A stretch of 64,000 nt of DNA from Trichosphaerium sp. ATCC 40318 (Eukaryota; Protista; Tubulinea): assembly GCA_038496445.1 (NCBI GenBank), contig JALMLS010000175.1, forward strand, positions 251,753-315,752. The letters are read 5' to 3'. Below the pieces are notes generated by a model that saw nothing but the letters and a program-made list of their open reading frames with translations, was not told the DNA's origin and did not search any database. A program made the position numbers and the translations under genes. Positions 13,387-24,392 of the stretch are shown in pieces. Numbering within the stretch: position 1 is the stretch's first letter; each line of letters opens with the position of its first letter.

Positions 13387-13457
13387 TGAGACAGCGCAGA
13401 ATCGAACTGCGATCCCAGCACTGGAAATGCCGTGTGCTACCTTTACACTACTATCCC
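13387..13457 (-). tRNA. tRNA with anticodon TCC (Gly) and atypical acceptor stem
   Basis: GGGATAG/CTGTCTC acceptor, D arm GTG..CAC, anticodon arm CGGCA-TTTCCAG-TGCTG, 4-nt variable loop, T arm CGCAG-TTCGATT-CTGCG, A73; T-runs downstream. Confidence 0.82.
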
Positions 13458-13659
13458 TTCTATATATACTGACAATATATTGTAGTTCACGCCGCTCGCC
13501 TGAATCACAAATGCAGCGTATAGAACTGGGTTTTTTGGAAATGTTGTTTTTTGATTGTTTTTTTTCAACAGGTTTTTTTCGCTGCAATTTTGTCAGGCAA
13601 AATGGAATTCAACTTCTTTTATCGGCCGGCCTCAAACCGTACTTGTTGCACGTATCAAA

Positions 13660-13724
13660 GAGCTTATGGTCTAATGGCATGACGACTGTCTTGTAGGGTG
13701 GGGGTTCGATTCCCTCTAGGCTCA
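13660..13724 (+). pseudogene. Pseudo-tRNA, copy of the TGC tRNA with the anticodon loop deleted
   Basis: Identical to 13071-13142 except loss of CACGCAG; A box, B box and terminator are retained. Confidence 0.9.
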
Positions 13725-13858
13725 TACCTTATGTTTTTACTGAAGTGGTATTGTACAATACTTTCGCAAGAAGTAAATAAAGTGTATTTTAGGATTTTGT
13801 TTGTTTGCTTTTTATTTTTTTTCTTCAAACAAGTACACTACACGTTCACGTTTCTACT

Positions 13859-16800
13859 TTACATAGTTGATTTTTCAACTTGCGCGTAAATATTACGTGC
13901 AGTTTTCAAGTCAACACCATTAGCCTCAGCCATTTTTTGAATAAAAAGTTCAATAGAAGGTCCAGGCAAATGTCCCCATCCCCACATGTTAAGGGCTATA
14001 AAAAAAAAAAAGTTAATAATAAGATAAAATAAAACGCCTTTTCCATTGTATTTCAATGTGCGCTTTAAATAAATCACGTGTTGACTGTCAATAGAAAAAC
14101 ATAAAAATTTGAGAAAAATTTTTGACAATGACTTGGGATATACCCGAGTTGAAAATGACTAGGAAAGGCGGTATATAATACTGTTACGATGGTTTTTTGA
14201 TAGGCAGGTAGTTGAGGGCACGTACCGAATTTTTTTAGTTGAGAAGCAATGAATTCTTTACTTAGTTCTTTATCTCCAAAAGATCGTGATAATTGATCCA
14301 AAAAGTACTCTTCCCAGAAGACTATTGTTAAACGTCAGTTGAATATAAACAAGTCATAAACACGATAATGCCGTACATAAATTAAGCCAAATGAAGTGAT
14401 TCTTAATATACTCCTAATCAAGTGTTAACGAAGATACACAAAAAAGAAAAAAAAAAGAAGGAAAAAAAAGTAGTTTACCTTCAGGATATGTCGTTCTCTA
14501 TTCTTTTTCTTCTTCTTACCATCCAACTCCCAATATAGTCTGTAAGAAGCTTGCATCAATGTCTTTGCACAAATATAATCAGCTCTAGTACAAACATTAA
14601 TACAAGCAAGGGAAATACAATCAAAAAACAACAGCAATCACAACCGAAACTTCATATCCATGATCTCGGTGTACGGCCAAAAATTATGGCTCATACAACA
14701 TTTTGCAGCAAAATAAAACAAAAAAAGAATAGCGTACGGATTACTAATATGCATCTCATTCAACGCAGTAGTCACCATATGAAGTATCAATTGAAATCTA
14801 CAATATTTTTGTAAATATACTAACAACTATAGTATAACTGCTTATTATACATACCCAGGCTTCATGAGTAAGATAGGATCTGAAGAGTTTTGTGAAGCAA
14901 GCATTTGATTCAATACATATGTGAATACACGCCTACCAGAATCGAACTTGAATAGATTATCAAGAAGCTTATAATCCGGTTCAATAGTATCATTAGAAAA
15001 TATACCAGCCAATACAGTATTAAGATATGATAACTGCTCTGGAGGTATCTCTTCATCATAATAAAAGTCATCATCTTGTGTTGTCATCTAATAAAACATT
15101 GATTAAATAAAAACCTTCACAAGAAAGAAAAAAACGTGTAAATTACCTCAGCACGCAAGTTGTGGAAGAAGCTGTTGTCTAGTTTTATTAACCTACTTTC
15201 TGTACGTCGTAATTGTTTCTTATGCCTAATTATCACGTGAGTACTATTAAATAACCATTATAGGTCGTCTTCTAAGCTATGCAAGTTCGTGGATTGTTGG
15301 GGAAGAACAAACAATCCACAAACTAACAAACGAAGAAGACAGTTTACCTCTTGCCCCATTTCGGCCTTACAAGACCCATTGAGCCACCAACAGTTTTTGA
15401 ACGCTTATGTCGTGTTGGCTTAGGTTCACTATACACAGTATATACATAATAGATAATAATATAGAAATACAGAACAAAGGTAGAAAGAAGAAAGAAACCC
15501 TTTTAGGTTTTATAAATAAAAGTACGTACTTTGAGATTGCAGGAGGCTCAGCTTTAACTGTTTTAACCCTAAGTGGCGCTCTTGCTTTTCTCTTTGTAGT
15601 AGGCGATGTCATTTGTACATCTTTTTTACTTGTACGTGGAGAAGGTCCTGATCTAGACGTTGATCTTTTTCTGCCAGTACTAATTAATTAATTAACAAGA
15701 ACTTTGCATCAACAAATCTTTAAATTGAATCATACCCCTTTCGCTTTCGAGATCTTGTATCAACGTAATTCCTAAAAAAAGAAGATATGTAAACACCCGA
15801 CATAAAACCAGAAGAAACAAAGCAAGTGCATTTACATACCCAGGGAACCAACCCCACTCGTCACCGATATTACCCTTCCACCATTGAGAGTTATCCTTCT
15901 TTACAACCTTTGTTCCATTAATAAACTGGTCAATACACGAGTGAGCATACCTTTACAGTAGCACCAAGAGGAAGAGTTAACTCTGTAGGATCACGTGCAT
16001 CAAAAGCAAACTTAACCTTTGCAACGGCCATAACAGTGTAATGTTGACCTTCAGGTGAAACTAAAGCAAAAATTATAATCTGTCAACGCTTCCACAACTC
16101 TTTTAGGAAAAAACTTACCCAAGTGTTCTGGTAAATCACTCTTACTGTTTGATTTGACTGGCATATCATTTTTACTTGGTACCTGTGCAGGAATCTCAAC
16201 ACCAGTCGGTTTAGGTTGTACTTCGGTTCCAGATAATGTCCTTTGTTTAGGTTGTTTCTCTGTTTGTGTAGCCTGGCTTGGAGGCTGTTTAAATAGATCC
16301 CTAACATCTCCTGCGCCTGTCATTGAGTGAGAAAAAGTAAAGACAAAAAAGGTATTGAATAAGTAAAGCTACGGCATACGTCTTCTGCTAGATTTAGGCG
16401 CTTGCAATGTTCGGAATGGAGCTCCTTTGATAGTTTGTTTCAAACGCTGTTTCTGTCTATCAGCGCTGCTAGTAGCTCTCTTCAAACTCATATTGGCACG
16501 GTTCTAGGTTCAGGTTAACTCTGGGCCCGTAAAAGAAGTTGAAGGCAAAAACTTAAATACGCACAAGAAGTTGTTCGAGTTCCCTCTTTTCACGCTCCAA
16601 CTTAGCATTCTCTTCGCCCAATTTTACCAAATTTGCTCTCAGTAAGGCTTCATTCCTTCTCTTAGGTGTAGGCTTAGCCAACTGCCTCTTCTTTTCTTCA
16701 TATTGAACTTTTTTCTTTAACTTTTTGATTTGGGTTTCAAACGAATACCGTTCACGCTTCCACTTCGCTGCTGTTTCCTAAACTCAATTATGAAAAACGT

Positions 16801-19776
16801 GATTACAATAAAAAGACGTTGTAATACTAAGTAAACAAGTGTACCTCTTGTAGCTTTTGTATTGTCATGTGTAAGTCATCAGCTGTCTGTAGTTTGCGGA
16901 TTTGAGCATTAAGCTCAGAAATACTCACTTTTTGAGTCTTTACTTCAACAGATAGATCATTGCGTTCTTTTGTAAGTTGTTGGTTTGTAATCTAAAATAA
17001 ATCATTAGTAAAATATTCCTACTCGTCTCTCTCAAGTGTTCTGTCAAATGGTGGTACCTCCAAAGCACTTTTTTCTTCAGTCAAAAATTCAATATCAACA
17101 GAGAATTTGTTCTTGATCTCAGCGAGCTCTGTACGTAATTTAGCTTCTCTTTGAGCCATAGTCTTCATCTTTGATTTTTCTCTATCAATAGCACGCAAGT
17201 AGCTAGATATTTCTTCCTAAAGACACAACACTAAGACAAAGAAAAAACAAAGCAAACAAAATGAAAAAAAACGTGTCAAACTGACTGCTTACATCATGCT
17301 CTTGTTTAGTCTTTACTCTTTGTTTCTCTATTCTCTCTAGCTCTGCTGTAAACATAGCATCAACTTGAATTTGACTTCCAGTGTGCAGAGTCTTATTTAT
17401 AGCCAAAGCTCTCGCCGACTGTTTTCTTTGCATTGCGCGCTCAAGTCTTCCAGCTTCTTTTTCATGCTTCGATGCAACGAATTTGAGCTGAATGAGCTGC
17501 TCTTTGCTTGTTAGTAACTCTTCTTTCAAGTTAGTTATCTCAAGGTTCTTCTCATTCCTTTGAGCTACGAGTTGAGTCTTCAAATCGCCAATTTCCTTTG
17601 AAGAAACTTTTTGTTTTTGCTTCTCAGCCTTCAACAACCTCTCTAATCTTCCATTCTCAGCTTTAGCTTTTTGTAATGCTGATACAGCTTCTCTCTTTTG
17701 ACGGGTTAATTTATTCAACTCATCACTATTATTAACACTCTTTTGTTGCCTTAACAAACAAGAACATAAGATACAACAATAATCCGAAAAAAAGAAGAAA
17801 GAAAAAAAAAAGAATCAACGTACCTTTCTTCCTCAAGCTGTGCTCTGAGCGTCTTTAACTCAAAATCAAGCTCAATATGCTTATCCTCTGCTTGATACTT
17901 CTCTTCTCTAGTTATTATGAGATACTTGAAGGTAATTTAGAAAGATACGCAGTCAAGACATACTTAGCAAACTGCAATTCTGCTTTCAGTTCTGAAATAA
18001 TTTTTTCGTCTTCTTTTTCTACTTCTTCAAGTTGCTCCTGAAGTGCTTTCAATATTGAATTCAAATCAGACTCTGCAGATTTCTGTGAATTTTGGACATT
18101 CTCCTTAAGCATAGCATTCTCATCAAGCATTTTTTGATTCTCTTCAGTAAGCGTATTGATCCTGTCTTCCATGTCTAGAATCTCAAGCTCAAGTTGAGTC
18201 ATACTTTCAGTATGCTTTTGTTTTTGCTCTTCAAGTTCTGCTTGCACTGAATCAGCGCCCTTGAAATAAACAAATTTAGAGAAGGAAGGTATTGCAAACC
18301 AGCTATCGTACTTGGTTTGCAAGTTTCAAGCGCTTTATTTTAGCATGAGCTTCTTGTAACTGTAGTTGCGAATTTCGTAGCTCTTGTTCCAGTTCAGAAT
18401 CAGAAACATCCGATATATTGAGTGAACGACCTGAAGAAAAAGGTTTTAGCAAAACACAAACACAAACAGGCGCTTTGTGACAGGACCAACTAGGTGCACG
18501 TGATAGAAAAAAAAGCAAAATGAATACAGCACCCTACGTTCCCTGGTCCTCACGGACCCAAGTACTGGCAGGGCCATACCATGCTTATCTTCGCGGTTCG
18601 GAAAGAGACACGGAGTTTTCATGGTTGTATGGCCGTATCCATTAGATAGAGAACAAAAGTTTCGTAGTGGTTGGGTCGAAAACAGACAGTTAACCGAATA
18701 TTAGCCGTACCGACTTCAATAGTATCCCACTTCTTAGCGCTAGGTTTTGCCAAAGCTGGACCAATTATGTCTCCTTTAAAGCCCCAATTGACAGCCTCTC
18801 TTGACAACGATGCAATATTTTGTAGCACCTAGAGTACCAACGCCAGTAAGAACAAGATCCTTTATACATTTTTCTGAAAAAAACACAATTACCTGAGGCA
18901 TAAATCGCTTCGCATATAAATCGGATGTGACGACTAACAAAAGCGACGTAAGAGACTACATATACAACCAATAGCTATTGACAACGTACATAAGTCGTGA
19001 CTTGGTAATCCAAGCTTCCAGCAAGCCTCCAAATACAAACCAATATTTTCCTTATCGAAAGAATCAATTTAATTAAAATCACATTACCAAATTAATCTAA
19101 CTAAAACCAAAAAAATAAAAGAAAACCGCCTCAAACGTACACGTTCTTGAAGTGGATGTAATGGCTTCTTGTTTTTTGGAATGTTATACCTCTTTATTGT
19201 GCCAGGTTTTAATATGTTCATGAGCCTATTCAGCGGGTTGAAGGTTAATCATTGAGTATTAAAAGAAAGAGATTATGCTTTTGGCGATTTTTCGTCTTTG
19301 GCGCTTACTTGATAAGTAGAATGCCTGATTTTAACTACAATCGCTTATTAATACGGTTTACGCATATGGCATTACGTACTGCACCATGTAGATCTGCTAA
19401 ATCAATTTTCTCGTTTAAAACTTTTGCCAGCCATTTGCCAACCTCTACTTCGAACTCTGGGTCGTCTTTGGCTTTAATCTGCGAAAACGGCTAAGAACTT
19501 CCAAACAAAACGAAAAATGTCGCCGTGTCAATAAAAAGACAATTCTGTTTGAAACTATTGGCTTTGAGTGTTCGAATCGTACTTTCATGTATGTCTCCGC
19601 GTCCATGCCTTCAAAAAGTTATAAAAGGAAAATATGACAACAACGTACCATAAAGTGTCCTACCATCATCGGTTGTTACCTTGGGTAAGTTTTAGAACTA
19701 TTTTTATGTACTAAGTGTTTACCCCAGCAGTGAGGTTTACTACATCCTTTTTGCGTATCTTACGCTTTGTGGCCAT
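13859..19776 (-). CDS. Calponin-homology + long coiled coil + SH3 + SBF2/KIAA0513-like C-terminal domain, multi-exon
   Basis: MATKRKIRKKD|VTTDDGRTLYGMDAE, EVGKWLAKVL, ENIGLYLEACWKLGL (CH); heptad E/K/Q-rich exons; FAFDARDPTELTL..WWKG..GWFPGNYV (SH3); GRRVFTYVLNQ, FWEEYF, IASQL..FALNM (SBF2-like). Continuity as a single gene is inferred. Confidence 0.7.
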
Positions 19777-20032
19777 AGCTATATTGCTACGCCGCTGTAA
19801 CGCCCGAGTTGTAACTTATAGCGTGTTCGGCGTTAACAATGCGCGAAACAAGAGTATTCACTGTCCAATCAGCTTTTGGAGTGTTCGCGGTGACAGTTAG
19901 CCAAAAGACGGTTTTTTCGCCAACAATTTTTCGAGTTGGTCAATATTGGTTTTCATACTCTTTTTTTTAGGCCGAACCAACAGGTATCACGCTAATTTTT
20001 TGATAAACGCTAACTGAGGCCCAGAGAATATC
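19777..20032. promoter_or_regulatory. Short bidirectional promoter with CCAAT box; similar head-to-head pairs at ~26930/27170, 35988/36308 and 56647/56857
   Basis: Divergent ATGs 257 bp apart; CCAATCAG at ~19865; CCAAT/ATTGG also upstream of genes at 10223, 11242, 36308 and 49647. Confidence 0.45.
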
Positions 20033-20773
20033 ATGCCACGCCCAGACGCAAAGTTAAGAAAACTCAGGAAAAACGCATCTAAAACGCCTACCAATGGCTT
20101 TGTTAGACACGGTTCTTACAGATGGAAGCGTGTGAATGTACGAATCGCTTTATACTCACTTTTGCGCTCTTCGAGTAGATTTGTTTGTTTTCTTCTCAAT
20201 TTCTGTATCAAATCTTCTCGCACGCTATACGACATCATGGGAGCAGTTTTTACTTTTTTCCAGCATTTTTACAAGGCGCAAAACTTATTGAACTAGGACA
20301 AATGGAGGCGTCCAATTGGTATTGATTCATGGTTCAGAAAACACCACAGAGGTACCCGTGCTCATGTAAGCATTGGTTTCGGAACTGATAAGAGAGTCCG
20401 ATTTATGTACGTGCTATACGCGAAAAACGCAAATATAAGCGAAGAATGGTCACTTATACATGTATTAAAGGCAACAAAACGGATTTTTCCCTGTCATTGT
20501 ATCCAACATGAAGGAACTCGAAGCCCTTCTTATGCACAACAGAAAATACTCTGCTGTCATTTCCGGTAAAGTAGGCACCAAGAAAAAGTACGTGTTTCAA
20601 CCGCAAAAAACATTTCAAAAAGAAAGTCTGCTGTTTTATTTAAAATCGGCGCGTAATGATACGATGTATTAACTGTATTTCTTCTTAGGCTCGAACTCCT
20701 CGCCAGAGCAAGACAAATGAACATTAAAGTTGCCAACGCTAAATTGCGTGTCCGCACAAAAGACAACGAATAA
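20033..20773 (+). CDS. RPL32: 60S ribosomal protein eL32, three introns
   Basis: FVRHGSYRWKRV|DKWRRPIGIDS..RGTRAHVSIGFGTDKRVRFM|QQNGF..VSNMKELEALLMHNRKYSAVIS..KKK|LELLARARQMNIKVANAKLRVRTKDNE*. Confidence 0.92.
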
Positions 20774-21041
20774 GTCCTCTGAACATATTGAATACTGCTG
20801 TAATGGAAATACACGTTTTTGTAGACTCTCGCTCTTGTTTTTGCAAAATTTTTTTTATTGTAACTCTTTGCCTGTTGTAAGCTCATCGCCGAAGTATCAG
20901 TGACGCCTGTCATTTTGGTCAGAGAGTTAATATAGTACGTATTCTGTTTATCTTGACAGTCTCCTCGAAGTCTTGCAAATTATTATTATTCAGCAAAATT
21001 AAAACGTCAATTCCTTTAGTAACGTGCAACACAAAAAGAAA

Positions 21042-21472
21042 ATGTCTAGTCAACTTACAGTAGAAGAATTAACTCAGTTTAAGAGTATATTTGATCTGTT
21101 TGATGGTAATGGAGTGCGTATAATAACCGTTTTTAAAACGTTCGCTTATAAGTACTAGGATGGTTATATTACGATTGTTGAGATGATTTCGGTACTATCG
21201 CCTCATAAAAAGCCTTAATTGACGTTTGATAGAAACTAGAAGATATGGGGGTATCTAAAAAGGAGATAAATGCGCTTGTAGACCCATTTAAAGCTGCTGA
21301 TGTAAATAAAGATGTACGGAAAATCAATAGAGTTGCAAAAGCACTTGTTCTTACTGTAATGTAGGGTAAAGTTACCTGGAAGGAATTTACAAGTCAAGTA
21401 GTAAAAGTCAGGCGCAACAAGTAGCTGCACTCGCTATTGTACGCTAGATTAACGGCGTTGTGTATAAAATAA
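21042..21472 (+). CDS. Small two-EF-hand calcium-binding protein
   Basis: MSSQLTVEELTQFKSIFDLFDGNG|DGYITIVEM ... FKAADVNKD|GKVTWKEF across four short introns. Confidence 0.85.
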
Positions 21473-21609
21473 ACCATTTAAATGATCGCATCTATTTTGA
21501 GGTTGCAGAAGTGCAATAACCCACTAACACGAGCTCATACGCGTGACGACCTCGTTATGACGTGAGTACTATTGTTTCTCTGAGAAAAAAGCGAAGACAC
21601 AAGTGAATT

Positions 21610-22244
21610 TATGGCAGTTGTGTGTTTACAGACAAAGACAAGTTGATGCATACTAACCATTTCCCTGCTCATATTTGGCATGTAATTCAAAACAATTTTT
21701 GCTTGAAACATTCAGCAATGGGTATAGTTGCTCTTAAGCCAGGTCAACTCCAATAGCAATGATATCTTACCTGTCCGAGAAGCTGGTCTTTTTGAATGCT
21801 ACCTGAACAAAAGAGCTGAAAGGAAACTGAGTATTTTGAAACTTTTTAGTACGTTTGTAAATAGGACATGGGATACGATTATAGCCTACTCTTACTAGAC
21901 CTGCTTAAATGCTAGCTTTTGGCAATCACGTGGATACAAGAAAGAGTAGATGTTACCGGCACATGGTCACTTCGTTCATTCAATCAATCTCGAATAATAA
22001 AACTAGCGAAGTTCATAGTTACAGATAACGCACAGGTTGAGTGCATAATGTTAACGTCTACCTGTGTAGAAAAAAAACAAATAGAGTTGCTGCTTTGGGT
22101 GCTGAAAAAAGTGTTACGTCCAAAGAAGAGAAAAACAGGCATGAGCCAAAGCTGTTTATCGTTTTGTTGATAAATCATGACTTGATTTCTGTTATTCATC
22201 ACATGGCTTGGCATGTTATGAAAAAGCGTTGGAATTTTATTTGA
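21610..22244 (+). pseudogene. Possible decayed gene remnant
   Basis: Protein-like frames broken by stops and frameshifts; tail KKQIELLLWVLKK...NHDLISVI loosely resembles the C-terminal motif of the ankyrin gene at 29759. Confidence 0.25.
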
Positions 22245-22484
22245 TACAAGAAGAGTTATTTATAAAACACATATAAATAAAGCTATTAAACATTATTTAT
22301 TGTTCCGTTGCTGATGCCTAGTCAACATTTCATTCATGTATCTACAATCAAAAATTAGGATTTGTTGGCATAAAAATCGTGGACAGACTCACTTACGACA
22401 GCCTATGAAACGTGCTTGAACGAATAAGCGACTCACATTTGGGAAAATAAACCCACAAGGAAACATAATCCATAAGCAACGCAA

Positions 22485-24231
22485 ATGACACCACATTTCA
22501 TATTTTGTTGTTTTTTGCTATCTTGTGCCGCATTAGGCCCTGTAGAAAACTACAAGGAACTTTTTAGGTTCGTTTAGATTGTAAAGCGCCAACTCAATTT
22601 CTAACGGCGTTACAGGCTTCCTTTACCCACTGATGCGGCGTCTGATGCGTTCAACGTAACGTTTCTAACTGAGGCTGCGAAAACAGATGGTGCCGTCTGT
22701 ATCGATGGTACTCCTGGCGCTTATTACTTCCGTCCAGGCTCCGGAAGTGGGGCTAACAAGTGGTAAGACAGATTCGTTCCCACGTGGTACTTGTGAACCA
22801 CAAGGACAGTTTTTCTTTTCGAAAAGTTTTTGGACTTTTTCAACTTTTGACTCACGTGTTTTGAAAAGGTATATTCATCATCAAGGCGGTGGTTGGTACG
22901 TTAATAATACAATAGTATTTCGCTTACATTCATAGGTGTGAGAGCTCAGAAAGCTGTTTTGGTAGATCGAAAAGTACGTCTTTTCCATAACGGAATCATC
23001 TGACTTGTTAAGCTGCCCTTGGTTCCTCCAAGAAATATGCACCTACTATACTACAGAACACTGGATATTTTTCAAACGATGATAAGGTTAACCCAATGAT
23101 GTATAATTGGAACATGGTGTACCTAAAGTACTGTGACGGAGGATCGTTTTCAGGTTCGTTACTTTTTCTACCTTTTTATGTTTGTTTTTTTCACATTATC
23201 TTTTCAGGAAACAGAGAAGATCCTGATGTCTATGAGGGAAATAAATTATACTATCGTGGAAAGCGAGTGCTAAACGCAATGCATGCTTCTTTGATGACAA
23301 CGAAAGGCTTAGATAAAGCGACAGATGTTGTTATTTCAGGTTGTTCTGCGGGTGGCCTTGCAACATACTTTCACGTCGACTGGTGGGCAGGCAACCTTCC
23401 AAAAATGGCAAAAGTCAGAGGTACGAACTTTCCTCTCATGTTACTCCTTACTATATCATTCTTATGGTTACGAAAACACCTAATTTAACTTTACTTGTAG
23501 GTTTACCTGATAGTGGATTCTTCCTCGATTTTGAAGGTCCTCCTAAATATCATTCTGGAATGCAATGGGTATTCAAAGCAATGAACTCAACATCAGGTAC
23601 ACTTACACGTTCACTATCTTCATCCTATTCTTTCCTATGTGTGATGTTCTGACCAATACATGTCAGGTGTTAACCAAGCTTGTATCAAAGCTTATGAGCC
23701 AAGTGGTCAAACATGGCGGTGTATATTCGCACAAGTACGTTCTACCACAAACATACATTACCACGAAATACTAAACCAAGTTTAGTACACTGCTCCGTTC
23801 TTAACCACACCAATATTTCCACTACAGTCTGAGTATGATAAATGGCAAACAGCAAACGATTTGGGATCTACAAATGCTACATTGATCAACGATTATGGTG
23901 CATCATTGACATACTTGGTAAAACAGAATTTACTTGTCAATCCAATTCATGGTATTTTCTTGGATTCATGTCATCATCACTGTGGAGAATGGTACTCTAT
24001 TTTTCATTCACAGTAAAGATTATGTTTTTATAATGATCACTTATAGGGGCGATATTAAGATCAACGGAGACACACAAGCCATAGCCTTCCAAAAGTTCTA
24101 CGAAGGAGACGAGAAAACGTACAACCTTTTTCTTTTGATGCCAATAAACAAATCTTGTTCTGACTTTTTTCTGTTATAGACCTTATATCCAGGGCGCCAT
24201 ATATCCTTGTGAAAGTTGTTGTTCTATTTAA
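22485..24231 (+). CDS. Pectin acetylesterase / Notum family hydrolase, secreted
   Basis: Signal peptide; GAVCIDGTPGAYY, W.IHHQGGGWC, YNWNMVYLKYCDGGSFSG, GCSAGG nucleophile motif, DSGFFLD, GIFLDSCHHHC. Confidence 0.93.
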
Positions 24232-24392
24232 GATAATAAACTAAACCTCATCGTCAAGTCAAGGTCTACTCAGAATTGTAAAGAACGCCAACATAATTTT
24301 TAGTGTACATTCTTAGTTTGATTTATTGTACATAGGTTTTTTTTTGATTGCTGGTTGTATGTACAAGTATTTGTTCAGTGTAATGCAACCCG

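Larger units (their letters stand above)
13030..13765. repeat. Inverted repeat, arms 13030-13163 and 13639-13765
   Basis: Arms are reverse complements apart from one substitution and a 7-nt deletion in the right arm; each contains a tRNA or tRNA-derived sequence plus flanks. Confidence 0.95.

Noticed and set aside
13030-13765. Inverted repeats as terminal inverted repeats of a DNA transposon or MITE
   Set aside because: No target-site duplication or transposase; the arms are a tRNA gene with its flanks
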